Source: a virus
Lineage: Duplodnaviria > Heunggongvirae > Uroviricota > Caudoviricetes
IMG/VR virus record: IMGVR_UViG_3300020577_013140
Location: 20,381-84,380 of that record
Direction: 5' to 3' (one strand)
DNA length: 64,000 nt
The notes under the pieces were generated by a model, which made no database searches, was not told where the DNA came from, and was given only the letters and a program-made list of their open reading frames with translations. Position 1 is the stretch's first letter, and each line of letters begins with the position of its first letter. This document shows positions 44,917 to 54,827 of this stretch, in pieces. Both the position numbers and the translations under genes were made by a program.

Positions 44917-45499
44917 CAAACGGACACGACTGAAAGTCGACTTTCGCATCCGGGTTCAAGTTAAATGGCGGCAACTCAAGGTTGATCTTACGAAATCCCC
45001 CGAGTGCGCAGTCAGTATTTGCATCATGGCACACGTCGTTCGTGATCAACAAAAACTTTACAACCTTGAGCTGCCGCAGCATGTGGTCGATCGTTTTTAT
45101 CGGTAGGTGTTGTAGCACGTCCTTTACAATCGCCAGATCAAATGACTGCAAGTCGACCACGTCCTCAAGCAGACCGCACTGGAATTGATGATTCTGTGGG
45201 AGGCTGAGCTTTCTATTCCGCTCAATGACAGAAGGCACCGGGTCAATACCCAGGTAATCCACGCCTGACCAGTCCACGTTCCCGAGGTGCTCCCACAAGC
45301 CGCAACCTACGTCAATCACCTTGCGTATGTTGTAGCTTTTCAACACACGACGCAAAAACGTGCGATACCCACCGGTATGTTGTACAGAAGAGCCAGGACC
45401 GCTGGTGTCCTTCCGCTGCCAGACGTCTTCGTTATAAACCTTAGTGAACGCCCTTGTGATGTCATCCTTTTGCGGGCCAGTCAATGAAGTTCCAATCAT
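44834..45499 (-). CDS. Class I SAM-dependent methyltransferase
   Basis: VIDVGCGLWEHLG (motif I). Confidence 0.6.
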   Translation of the reverse strand: MIGTSLTGPQKDDITRAFTKVYNEDVWQRKDTSGPGSSVQHTGGYRTFLRRVLKSYNIRKVIDVGCGLWEHLGNVDWSGVDYLGIDPVPSVIERNRKLSLPQNHQFQCGLLEDVVDLQSFDLAIVKDVLQHLPIKTIDHMLRQLKVVKFLLITNDVCHDANTDCALGGFRKINLELPPFNLNPDAKVDFQSCPFVKRTLLIQNAVGDAVPTLNMSSSSSAA

Positions 45500-46223
45500 A
45501 AGTAAGTGAACGATTCTCCGAGTTTAGGTTCGTCGGATTCTTTGCTAATACTGTATTGCGATAGTGCTCGAAAGACAACTGCCTGGCAAGCCCATCCGGA
45601 TACAAATAAACATTCATGCGAGGCAAAACGAACTCTCGTAGTTGCTCGTCGACGTGACACCAGATGCGATATCCTTCAGACAACAACTTAGGCAGCCCTC
45701 GCTTATGCACCATGTAGGCATGGGTGCAAAGTGGAGGGATCGAAGATTTTCGCAGGTACTTTCCGGCTTTCGTGACCTGAGCGCTGTCTGGCAAAAAGTT
45801 GTAGCCAACGAACGCAAACTCCCAATCGTTAGGCAACGTCGGCGTGATGCTTTCAAAGACCTCAGCAAACCCAGGCGACAACAGGATGTCGTCTTCGAAG
45901 ATCAAAAATTGATCGTCTGGCAAGTGCATGCATGTTTGCCAAATCATGTAATGAGAAAGAGAGCAGCCGAGATGCCCGGCCGTGACGTAATAGGGTTTGG
46001 TCTGGTCACGCTTTGTCGGAAGACCTACCACCTGGCGGTAATGTGCCTCTTTCATGGCAGCGACACGTTCGTTGGGCATGTCGGTAGCCAAATGAAACTT
46101 GGGGCCATACAAGCCATAAAATGGAGTCACTGGAACACCAGAAGAAGTCAAATGCCCCATGGCACGTTCCATGCGTTCCGGGAACTCATTGAGCACCAAG
46201 CAGAATGTTTTGGGCCATATCAT
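45462..46223 (-). CDS. Glycosyltransferase family 25
   Basis: HLGCSLSHYMIWQTCMHLPDDQFLIFEDDILL; start ATG overlaps the upstream stop (ATGA). Confidence 0.6.
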   Translation of the reverse strand: MIWPKTFCLVLNEFPERMERAMGHLTSSGVPVTPFYGLYGPKFHLATDMPNERVAAMKEAHYRQVVGLPTKRDQTKPYYVTAGHLGCSLSHYMIWQTCMHLPDDQFLIFEDDILLSPGFAEVFESITPTLPNDWEFAFVGYNFLPDSAQVTKAGKYLRKSSIPPLCTHAYMVHKRGLPKLLSEGYRIWCHVDEQLREFVLPRMNVYLYPDGLARQLSFEHYRNTVLAKNPTNLNSENRSLTYDWNFIDWPAKG

Positions 46224-47200
46224 AGAAGGGCCTCGATTTCCTGTGTTGTAAAAGTAAGCACGCCAGAAGCAATCTCGTTCACTCCGGTACCCAGCAACCA
46301 CCGATCTCCTCGACGCACTCCTCCACAAGGAAACAATGCTGCATGCTGGAACTTGTGAGACGATGGTGCTGTTGATCCCAGAAAGCAATTCAATTGTGGC
46401 TGAAATTCCTTGCCGTTTGTCAGTGCCAAATCGCCTATCGCCAATGGTGCTTTGGTGCTTCGCAGGACCTTAAACGGCGGGCGATTCTCCATCAAGTAAG
46501 CCCCAATATGGTATGTTCGGTTTACTCCTTGAGATGTAAAGCTATGGAAGAATACGAGAGAGCTCGCATCATCGAACGGCAGAGGAGGAGTGCTGCCGCT
46601 GGGTCGCCCGTACTCCCAAACTGGAACACCCGGTGTAATATGCTCCTCAGTCGAATACTCGTCGATCTCACGAAAAACAGTGTGCGGAGCAACATGATAG
46701 ATCATGAACAGTTGCTCATCGTAGAGGAATGGTAGCCAATTCTTTTCAGCCTTCAGGTTTGAGAAATGATGCACACCGTTGTAACCGTAAACGGGATGGG
46801 TGATGCGGAGCACGTTAAAGGCCTTGTCTAACTCATAAATCACCTGATGCCCGACGGTGTGGAAGTTTACGCCATCTTCAAAATATTGCCCCGCCCACGA
46901 ACATACCGTCATGTAGAAACTGCCATCTTTACGACGGACTAATCGAGGGTCTTCATAATGGTAAAGCAGTGCGGTGCGGTTGTTGCAGACTACTACAGGC
47001 TTACGCACCCCGTTGTAGACGGCCAGGTTCTCATGAAGAGGCTGACAAACAATGGAGCTGACTGGCCGAGTTGGATTAGGGGTCGAAGGTGCAACATGTC
47101 GGAGAACTGCGTGTAACCGCCCATTACAGTCGTCTATCAGTGCACAGTTGGTGTCAAAGGCCAGGCTATTCTGTTCACGAGGCAGGAAAGTCAAATTCAT
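46220..47200 (-). CDS. hypothetical protein, possibly glycoside hydrolase/phosphorylase-like
   Basis: 326-aa ORF in the glycosyltransferase operon. Confidence 0.35.
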   Translation of the reverse strand: MNLTFLPREQNSLAFDTNCALIDDCNGRLHAVLRHVAPSTPNPTRPVSSIVCQPLHENLAVYNGVRKPVVVCNNRTALLYHYEDPRLVRRKDGSFYMTVCSWAGQYFEDGVNFHTVGHQVIYELDKAFNVLRITHPVYGYNGVHHFSNLKAEKNWLPFLYDEQLFMIYHVAPHTVFREIDEYSTEEHITPGVPVWEYGRPSGSTPPLPFDDASSLVFFHSFTSQGVNRTYHIGAYLMENRPPFKVLRSTKAPLAIGDLALTNGKEFQPQLNCFLGSTAPSSHKFQHAALFPCGGVRRGDRWLLGTGVNEIASGVLTFTTQEIEALL

Positions 47201-48756
47201 AGCGATTGAAAAATTGGTGACGCTTGGATATCTCGCAAAAACGTTTCCGGTTTCACCTTGTCAGCGACACCTGAAGTACGTAAGTACGCCGAGGTCTCTG
47301 CGATCAATGTGCGGCTTCCGAGCTTCTTATTAGCTTCCTCAATAGTCTTAAAATAGAATGGATAGTCGACGCCAAGGTAGTCCACAACCGACGGCAAAGG
47401 GTTGACTAGAATCGGCGTCCCACGTGCCATACACTCTACGATCGCATTATTGGCGATCGCGTCGTACATGTGGAGCATGACGAGGTTGTTTGACAACAGA
47501 ATGTCGTAGTCTTGATCTGACAAAAAATCTTGGCAGTGTACCGAAGCTGTTTGTTCCTCTGAGAGTTTGTACTGCTGGGTATTTGCTTCGATGTCTCGCA
47601 AGGCAGCAACCGACGCCTTGTTATTGAGATGTGGGTTCAGGAACACCTTACGGTATGGAGACTGCAGGTCGTACAAGGTACGGAAACGGCGACACCACCA
47701 ACCAACCTGAACGATGCTTCGCTCCGCATTAGCGTCGAACTTCTCCATGCTGAACATATGCTCCGGTGCGGGCACTCCAGTTGTGGAATACACGTGGTTG
47801 ACCGGTACTGGTAGTACGTTGCCTAGAAATTCGGCCGCAGGCTTCGACATCACATAAATTCCCTTGCACGTTGGGAGACTCGCATGAAACGTCGGTGCTC
47901 GAAGAAAACTTCCTGGCTGCATTTCGTGCGTAGTAAACCATTCTGGCATACGAAGAACCGGGTTGTGCATGAAGCCAAACCAGGGCTGCTGGTATGGCAG
48001 TTGACGTTCGTTCACCGGTGGAACTGCCAGGTGGTTCCAACGGAAGGTGCTGTCAATGAATCCATCCAACATTGGCCCTTCAGTACCATGGAACCTCTCG
48101 AGCAGCCCGAGGACGTAACTCCAGCCATATCGGTGCCCGATAAAGGTGAGCACTCCGTTCATGTTCATCTTGCCTGTGCGCTTCGCTGGGTCAAACGTCA
48201 AATGAAGCGCACCATATGAGTCACGTCGTATATCTGTGGCACCAGCGACCTTGCTTCTTTCCTCTGCCAAGATATGGTAATACTGGGCGTGGTTATTAAG
48301 CACATGTATGCCTACCTCACGACTGCTGCCGTCCTTGTATTCTACAGTAAAAGAAAATACCTGCATTCCGATGGAACGGAAGTCGTTGTTGTTGACTACG
48401 TTATGGGGTACGAAACATGCCGAACGCAGCACTACTTTTACCTGCGGCCGACTTGGTTGTACAGGCATCGCAACGTCGAAGTGCCTCTCTCCATCGATAA
48501 CATTGTCTTCAGCCACGACCACTAGACCATCCACTTCCAGAGTCACCTTACGACTCGCTCTTACATAACCAGAGAGTGATGCGCGGATACGAATGCGCTT
48601 AACAAGTGCGGTGTCTACATAAAGCTCCGAGACTCCTCCGGAAGTCCAACGGTAAGCTCGCCGACCATGATCATTGTAAAACTCCTGGGTGCTCCAACCC
48701 TCTCCGAGCAACAACTCATCGGACTTTAACGTGGATAGATGTGACATGTTAATCAA
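47197..48756 (-). CDS. Glycosyltransferase with GT1/GT4-type C-terminal domain and unknown N-terminal domain
   Basis: C-terminal AIVECMARGTPILVNPLPSVVDYLG. Confidence 0.55.
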   Translation of the reverse strand: MINMSHLSTLKSDELLLGEGWSTQEFYNDHGRRAYRWTSGGVSELYVDTALVKRIRIRASLSGYVRASRKVTLEVDGLVVVAEDNVIDGERHFDVAMPVQPSRPQVKVVLRSACFVPHNVVNNNDFRSIGMQVFSFTVEYKDGSSREVGIHVLNNHAQYYHILAEERSKVAGATDIRRDSYGALHLTFDPAKRTGKMNMNGVLTFIGHRYGWSYVLGLLERFHGTEGPMLDGFIDSTFRWNHLAVPPVNERQLPYQQPWFGFMHNPVLRMPEWFTTHEMQPGSFLRAPTFHASLPTCKGIYVMSKPAAEFLGNVLPVPVNHVYSTTGVPAPEHMFSMEKFDANAERSIVQVGWWCRRFRTLYDLQSPYRKVFLNPHLNNKASVAALRDIEANTQQYKLSEEQTASVHCQDFLSDQDYDILLSNNLVMLHMYDAIANNAIVECMARGTPILVNPLPSVVDYLGVDYPFYFKTIEEANKKLGSRTLIAETSAYLRTSGVADKVKPETFLRDIQASPIFQSL

Positions 48757-49825
48757 AGAAATGAATTTGTGTTAGTACCTTTTCCAAACGACGATGCGCG
48801 GCCGTCCAGGAATACTTCATGGCGCGCTCGGATGCTGCTTTTCCAAGAGCAGCTACCTTGTCCGGGTGATTGTAAGCCCAACGCATCTGATCGATGAGTG
48901 AATCACGATCGATCTCGGCCCAATAACCTCCAGCTGAGAAATCGTCCTGGGCATAAATCCCATGGCACGGCACAAGCTTGAAGTCGACAGGGTAACCAAC
49001 AGAATCATCAAAATACTCGCGCATACCGCCGAAGCGAGGAGCGATCGCTGGTCTTCCGATTGCCATCGCTTGATGAGGCATCAACCCCCAGCCTTCAGAG
49101 TTCGACACCGAGACGTACACGCTCAAGCGTGAATACCACTGTGCCATATCTTGCGGCGACAGGAAACGATTTGTCACTTCAACCCGATTGTCATTCACCT
49201 TGGCCGAGGCTTCATCAGGGAACGTTTTCAACAACAGCCGTACATCTTTTTGCGTCGGGAACGCATCGGCAAAAATTGCAGCCATGCTGTCGACATTCTT
49301 TCGGATCCCGCCGACCGATAAACGTCCGCCAGTACCGAACGTGAAAAAATCTTCGTTTGGCCTTTGGCGCGGATAATACACGTCTGTGTCGATCCCAAGC
49401 TGCGAAATGCTTATTGGTCGGGCGACACCGCATGCGTTAAACGAACAAGCGTTCCATTCGCAGGGTACCACGACGTGGCTCACTTTATTCAAGTTGTCCA
49501 CGCCTTTGCGTGGGATGCGATTCGTCTCCCACATCGTAAAAAACACGCGCTGTCTGCCGTCTCGCGGGAATTCATGGTAAGGCAGCCCAAGCACCAACTC
49601 CTTTCGGCAATCGAAATTTTCCTCGACCTTGTTCCGTTCGGCTAACACGGAGTCAGCAGTCTTTGTGGGTCGGAAGGTGTCATCACGAAAGTCAATTGAC
49701 ATTGGCAGAACCCTGACGTCGTAGCCAAATGCCGTAAAGTCTTTTAAGATCTGCAGCCCGTGCAGGCCATAACCAAAATAATTGCTGATATAAGATCTCA
49801 GCAGCAGTTGCTTCATGCGGCACAT
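48749..49825 (-). CDS. Glycosyltransferase family 4 (GT1 fold)
   Basis: SNSEGWGLMPHQAMAIGRPAIAPRFGGMREYF. Confidence 0.65.
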   Translation of the reverse strand: MCRMKQLLLRSYISNYFGYGLHGLQILKDFTAFGYDVRVLPMSIDFRDDTFRPTKTADSVLAERNKVEENFDCRKELVLGLPYHEFPRDGRQRVFFTMWETNRIPRKGVDNLNKVSHVVVPCEWNACSFNACGVARPISISQLGIDTDVYYPRQRPNEDFFTFGTGGRLSVGGIRKNVDSMAAIFADAFPTQKDVRLLLKTFPDEASAKVNDNRVEVTNRFLSPQDMAQWYSRLSVYVSVSNSEGWGLMPHQAMAIGRPAIAPRFGGMREYFDDSVGYPVDFKLVPCHGIYAQDDFSAGGYWAEIDRDSLIDQMRWAYNHPDKVAALGKAASERAMKYSWTAAHRRLEKVLTQIHFFD

Positions 49826-49867
49826 TTAATAGCAACGAAAGGTGAACTTCAAGCAAAATCAAAGGCA

Positions 49868-49906
49868 ACGAGCTGCTAGCTAAAAAAAGGAGGCGCCGTA
49901 GCGCCT
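49868..49906 (-). terminator. Intrinsic terminator (minus strand)
   Basis: AGCTAAAAAAA-GGAGGCGC-CGTA-GCGCCTCC. Confidence 0.55.
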
Positions 49907-49913
49907 CCCGTGA

Positions 49914-51221
49914 TCAACCGAAGTTTGCAGCCAGTTCGCGCTGCGTCCTCGCATATTCAGGCGACGAGGGCGACAAGGCGGCGCGCAGGCTGGTGTCGTT
50001 GGTGAGCTTCTCGTAGCCGGCGAGAAAGGTTTCCATCAGCGAATGTTCGCCCAGTTGGGCCATCTTCGCCAAGATAGCGAGGAAGGCGTTGGGTTCACTG
50101 GCCATGACCTTCACCACCCTCTTGAAGGACGAGCTGTCCGGCCCTTCTGATGCCAGCAGGCGCTTTCCCTCCGAAATGGTCTCCTCCAGTACGCGAAGCC
50201 GGAAGCCGAATGCGGCGGCGCGATCTTCCGGATGCTCCGGCGGGATGTCACGGTCAGGGTAATACGGTGTAAGGGCCTCCAGGAAGAGGAGGTACTCCGT
50301 TGTACCAGGTTTTGGCACCAAGACGAACTTCGGGTCGTCTTCCAGGATGACACGGATCCATTTCTCCGTGACGTCCGTGTACCCCAATTCCGCCAATCGG
50401 AGGATCGTCGCTTGGAGCGACGCCACGCTCGGCGCCTGGCGCGTAAATTTCCGTACGTACGCGACATCATCTCTCACGAACTTCTCCCTCAGCAAGGCGC
50501 CGAGCTCGACCAACTCCGCGCGAGCTTCGCGGTAGGACTGAAATCCGGGCCGGGCCTTCGGCTGGGAAAAGTCCAAACGACCTCCCAGCATCTTCCCGAC
50601 CTCGGCAGCAATAAACCGGGCGAGGTCGTCGTCCGATCCCCCTGCAAGCGACTGACCAGCGCGCTCGCTCGGTGCATCAGCCTCCTGGCCGGGCGCCGAA
50701 TCCTGGCCGGGCGCCGAATCCTGGCCGGGCGCGGTGGCTGCTCCGAACTGCCGTTCCTGTCGACATGCGGGGCAGCCGCATATACTCGCCAAACCTCCCG
50801 CAGCCACCTTCTGTCGGAAGTCCAGAATGCCTTGCATCTGGGTGCGCATGTAGCCGGGACCCGTGTTATCGGAGTAACCGTCGATCTCGGCCACGGAAGG
50901 TAAGTTGGCTTGGATGGACTCCAAAGCCATGTTGAACGCTCCGGCCGGAAAAGCGTACCGGTACGCGAAGAACCCGGCCTTCAAGGCCAGTTGAAAGGCC
51001 GCCACGTCTCCGGGATAACCGTTCCCTTCGTGGATACCAAATTGGGCGGCGGCGCGAGCCTCGTACCAACGGTTGAAGGCAGCCCCAAGCCCCTTGCGCA
51101 GGGCTTCAGTAACCACCTTCTTGTCGGCCGGGTCGTCGGGAATAAGAACAGTAACGGCTGGAAGCGCCAATAGCGCAGCGGTCAATGCCTGGAATGAGCG
51201 GAAGGATTTTTGATTTTTCAT
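49914..51221 (-). CDS. Secreted protein with (APGQDS)n tandem repeat
   Basis: Signal peptide MKNQKSFRSFQALTAALLALPAVTVLI; 18-nt DNA repeat at about 50685..50735. Confidence 0.5.
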   Translation of the reverse strand: MKNQKSFRSFQALTAALLALPAVTVLIPDDPADKKVVTEALRKGLGAAFNRWYEARAAAQFGIHEGNGYPGDVAAFQLALKAGFFAYRYAFPAGAFNMALESIQANLPSVAEIDGYSDNTGPGYMRTQMQGILDFRQKVAAGGLASICGCPACRQERQFGAATAPGQDSAPGQDSAPGQEADAPSERAGQSLAGGSDDDLARFIAAEVGKMLGGRLDFSQPKARPGFQSYREARAELVELGALLREKFVRDDVAYVRKFTRQAPSVASLQATILRLAELGYTDVTEKWIRVILEDDPKFVLVPKPGTTEYLLFLEALTPYYPDRDIPPEHPEDRAAAFGFRLRVLEETISEGKRLLASEGPDSSSFKRVVKVMASEPNAFLAILAKMAQLGEHSLMETFLAGYEKLTNDTSLRAALSPSSPEYARTQRELAANFG

Positions 51222-51407
51222 GTGTACTGACGTTGATGATTATCGGCTACTAATTACCGGACGGTGCCGGTTGTGGACGAAGGAGCTTTTTTGCTCGCTT
51301 CTGTTGTCGTTGATAAATAGCCCTGAGACGGAGTTGCTCAGCTTGTACCTCGTCAGCACAAGAGAAGATTCGCCCGTGGGCATGAACAAGCGTGGCGTTC
51401 ATCCAAT

Positions 51408-51416
51408 ATTATACCC
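51408..51416 (+). promoter_or_regulatory. TATTATACC promoter-like motif about 45 nt upstream of the 51459 gene
   Basis: catccaatattataccc. Confidence 0.35.
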
Positions 51417-51458
51417 CCGTATGGCGTTTATCTTGACACGGGGGGAGGGGGTGAGATA

Positions 51459-52595
51459 ATGCGCGCCATGCTGACGTTTCACTCCATTTGGACTAAGCCT
51501 GCCGTCGCGAAGGGCGTCAAGGATATCGTATTATGGGATTTTGAATGGCTTACGTGGCTCGCTGGTCTTCTATCCGCTAAAAGCAACGGAAAAACGGTGC
51601 TGGTCGCCGATGAGCGCGGCCGTTCCTTCGTCGAAAAGATGGGGTTGGCCAGTCTATATGACGAGATCCTAACGGAGCTTGATTCGATCCCTCCCACGAT
51701 CGATCCAGAGCTGTTTTGGGCGGCCGGTAAGCTGTACGCCATCCGCGCCCTCAAGAAGCTAAAAACAATCGATCCGTTTGTCTTGCCAATCGCCAGCCTG
51801 GACTGGGACTGTATTCCGTGGAACTATCCGGACGCTTCTTCAGACATTATGTGCTTGAATCTGGAGCAACTCCGTTGGGCTTGGTACAAGGACTGCCGGT
51901 CAAAATACGAAAAGTTCACGCCAAAGGCCGTAAACTGGAAGCTCGCACCAGCTAACAACGGTGTGATCTATTTCCGGCGGTTCAAAGACATGTTGCATTA
52001 TGCCGATTTCTCCACTGAGTTTATGGAGACTTTTTCCAAGGAGGCGACTACGCACAACTACTTTGACCTGCCACGGTACGTTTACGGTGACGCCATGACC
52101 TTCGCCGAACAACAGATACTCCCAAGCGCTGCCTGGCACCTGCATGAAACCGTGGAGCCGTTCCTACCTGTACGCGATGATGGGTTCCTTCCAGGCAACG
52201 CCTTCTTCACACATCTTTGGACAACCAAGACCTTGTACCGGGCTTTTCCAGAAGCAAGAATCCATTACACAAATCAGCTGATCCGCCACCTACGCAAGCA
52301 TTATCCTATTTGCATACCTCTGCTAAAAGCTCGAGATTTACACATCACCCAGCCGGTCTTGACTCAAGATGAGAACACCCGATGGAACCGAGAAGGCGTG
52401 AGACACTTCAAAAATTACAATGTCGCAATTGTGAAGTCAGTCAGTGGACGAGTTGAACTCCGTGATCGAAATATCTCAGGCACAAGGACTTTGAATGTCG
52501 GAAGCATTGTACTGCCAGGAGATCGTCTTGTTCACCAGACGTCGGACAGTAAAATAGAGCTTGAATTCAACCAAACAAACGAATACCTTACATAG
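51459..52595 (+). CDS. hypothetical protein
   Basis: 378-aa ORF. Confidence 0.45.
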   Translation: MRAMLTFHSIWTKPAVAKGVKDIVLWDFEWLTWLAGLLSAKSNGKTVLVADERGRSFVEKMGLASLYDEILTELDSIPPTIDPELFWAAGKLYAIRALKKLKTIDPFVLPIASLDWDCIPWNYPDASSDIMCLNLEQLRWAWYKDCRSKYEKFTPKAVNWKLAPANNGVIYFRRFKDMLHYADFSTEFMETFSKEATTHNYFDLPRYVYGDAMTFAEQQILPSAAWHLHETVEPFLPVRDDGFLPGNAFFTHLWTTKTLYRAFPEARIHYTNQLIRHLRKHYPICIPLLKARDLHITQPVLTQDENTRWNREGVRHFKNYNVAIVKSVSGRVELRDRNISGTRTLNVGSIVLPGDRLVHQTSDSKIELEFNQTNEYLT

Positions 52596-52783
52596 CGTAT
52601 GAAGTTCATTTCAGCACTCATGAAAGCCATTAGCCGGATGTTTCAGTTCCTCGTTCAAAAGAAGGCGACGCCGCCTCCTGCCTATTACCTTGGTCAACCA
52701 AGTACCGCCAACAGCGGCTATACCGCTCCTGTAGGCGCCAAGATCCTCAAGGGCTAACAGCCCCTCCACGTCGTGTTTATTCT

Positions 52784-52809
52784 GCCCGGGACTTCCCGGG
52801 CTTTTTTTT
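52784..52809 (+). terminator. Intrinsic terminator (plus strand)
   Basis: GCCCGGGA-CTTC-CCGGGC-TTTTTTTT. Confidence 0.55.
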
Positions 52810-52856
52810 ACCCTTGAGGTGGCAACTTCTAATAGGGCATAATGCTTGTAGAGGTT

Positions 52857-53636
52857 ATGAAAAAGATTCTCTCACTCCTCCTCGCAAGTTTATTGCTAGC
52901 AGGTATTTCGGGTTGTTCACTTCTATCGCCAGGAAAGAAGGAGTTCTTCCAAACTAAGATGCCTGCCTTCCCAGAGAAAACCAAGGTGGAAGAGAAACAG
53001 AAACAGGCAGCGACATACCTTGCCGAGCAAGTCGGGCTGGCGTACGACGCCGCGCTGCTCTCACAAACCACTAATACCGTCATGGTTCCGCTCAGAGAGG
53101 CGCGAACTGTGGCTGAACCATTAGCCGAGTCACTGGGGCCTCCAACAACACCTTATAAAGGCCCTGCAACCAACCTAGTGGCCGACTTGCGCCAACTGGA
53201 AGCCAGATACGATGCCGCCCTTCGTAAGCTCGAAGCCAAGCTTGGTGATTTGGAGGGCAAGAAGATTGAAGGAACTGGGCTCATTCAGATGGGTTACTTC
53301 ACCTGGCTGCTGTTGCTGTTCGGGGTCATAGCCTTACTATTCTTCATACTGAAGATAGTTGCAATTTTCAACCCGCCGGTGCAAGTGGCTACTTCTGCAA
53401 TATCCGCAGGCGCTCACGTTCTCCGTCGCGGCTTTAGCGAAGTAATCGAAGCTGGGGAAAAGTTCAAGGATATGGTGAAGGCAAAGGTGGAAGACCCTGA
53501 AACCCAAGAGTACATCTTGGATCTCTTCCGCCGGGCACACATGGAAACACAAAGCCGTGACGTGCAACAAGTTATCCAACATTTGACAGCAAAAGAACCT
53601 GATCCAGCGAAGATCGCTAAGCAGTTGAAAACATAA
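52857..53636 (+). CDS. Lipoprotein with internal TM helix
   Basis: MKKILSLLLASLLLAGISGC lipobox. Confidence 0.5.
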   Translation: MKKILSLLLASLLLAGISGCSLLSPGKKEFFQTKMPAFPEKTKVEEKQKQAATYLAEQVGLAYDAALLSQTTNTVMVPLREARTVAEPLAESLGPPTTPYKGPATNLVADLRQLEARYDAALRKLEAKLGDLEGKKIEGTGLIQMGYFTWLLLLFGVIALLFFILKIVAIFNPPVQVATSAISAGAHVLRRGFSEVIEAGEKFKDMVKAKVEDPETQEYILDLFRRAHMETQSRDVQQVIQHLTAKEPDPAKIAKQLKT

Positions 53637-53658
53637 GAAACCTCACAGAAGGCCGCCA

Positions 53659-54144
53659 ATGTCCCATAAGAACCAACCACCTCCCGATGAGCTGAGCGAT
53701 ACCGCCAAGTTTCTAGAAAACTTGCGTCTAAGAGCGATGGCTACATTCCTAGGCACGCTCATGCTCCTCTACTCCTTTTTCGGTAGTATCTACCGGGTCC
53801 CAACTCAAATGGAACAACAAGGGAAGGAGATCGTTACGCTACAAGCCACGTCAGATAAGACACTTACACGCGTAAACGAGCTGGAAAAGTTTCTGGCTAC
53901 AAAAGAAGACACCTTCGCAGAAGTGGCTCGCTCACGTCAGCGCATCGAGACGCTCGAAAAGATCGAGGCAAGTCGAATGAGTATGCAGCAGCAGATTGAC
54001 CGGTTGGAAAATACTTCCAAGGAACTCGCAAAGCTTCTTGACAATACCTCTCTAAGATTATCAGAATTAAATGTGACTGTTACGGCCTTGAAAGAAACTG
54101 CGGCCGAGACGCGGCGTACACTTGAAGACTTAAAGAGGAAGTAA
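53659..54144 (+). CDS. Membrane-anchored coiled-coil protein
   Basis: N-terminal TM helix and heptad-rich C-terminus. Confidence 0.45.
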   Translation: MSHKNQPPPDELSDTAKFLENLRLRAMATFLGTLMLLYSFFGSIYRVPTQMEQQGKEIVTLQATSDKTLTRVNELEKFLATKEDTFAEVARSRQRIETLEKIEASRMSMQQQIDRLENTSKELAKLLDNTSLRLSELNVTVTALKETAAETRRTLEDLKRK

Positions 54145-54149
54145 TCCCT

Positions 54150-54827
54150 GTGAATCAACTCAGAAAATTTCTTGGCCGGTGGCTGTTCCCTTTGCTGATC
54201 GGTATTGCGTATTGGGTATTTGACGCAGTCATCGACTACTTCAACCCAGGCACTCCGAGCCGTCCGACTACGTTTGTACAAGCTCTCCTGGCAGACTGGC
54301 ACTCGATGGACATCGTGTTCCGGGTCATAATGACGATATTGTGCTCTTGTGGTGCCGCGTATTACGAAAGAGTGATGCAAAAGGTGCAGAAGCTGGAGAA
54401 GTTACTTTATCTGAATGAATACGCTGTCGAACGAACCAAGGCCTTTGCCTTACTATGGACCGACGAAAACGGAAACCTGATCAAAGCCAATCAATACGCC
54501 GCCGAACGGCTCGGCTACACTAAAGCGGAGTTGCTTAGCCGCACCATCTTTGACATTACACCAAGCCACACCCTTGAAAAATGGAAACAGCTCCTCTCAC
54601 AGCTAAAAGAAAAGGGCAGTCTTTCGTACGCAACCATGCAACGCAAAAAAGACGGAACCAGTATTGATGCGATCGTGTATCTCCAGTACCTGAAGACCAA
54701 GACCGATCAATACCAGTTCGCCTTTGTTTGCGATGCATTCCACTGCCCTGTTCCCAACTCCAGGCACCCAATCTCCCCATGTGGAAAACCTGTGTTACCT
54801 ACGTTTGAAACTCTGGTGCCTTCATAG
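54150..54827 (+). CDS. Membrane protein with PAS domain
   Basis: Two TM helices; LLWTDENGNLIKANQYAAERLGYTKAELLSRTIFDITP.. is a PAS fold. Confidence 0.5.
   Translation: MNQLRKFLGRWLFPLLIGIAYWVFDAVIDYFNPGTPSRPTTFVQALLADWHSMDIVFRVIMTILCSCGAAYYERVMQKVQKLEKLLYLNEYAVERTKAFALLWTDENGNLIKANQYAAERLGYTKAELLSRTIFDITPSHTLEKWKQLLSQLKEKGSLSYATMQRKKDGTSIDAIVYLQYLKTKTDQYQFAFVCDAFHCPVPNSRHPISPCGKPVLPTFETLVPS

Noticed and set aside
50685-50735. Possible CRISPR-like short repeats
   Set aside because: Only about 3 perfectly tandem 18-nt units with no spacers, lying inside a coding sequence; this is a coding tandem repeat, not a CRISPR array. No repeat-spacer structure was seen anywhere in the window.
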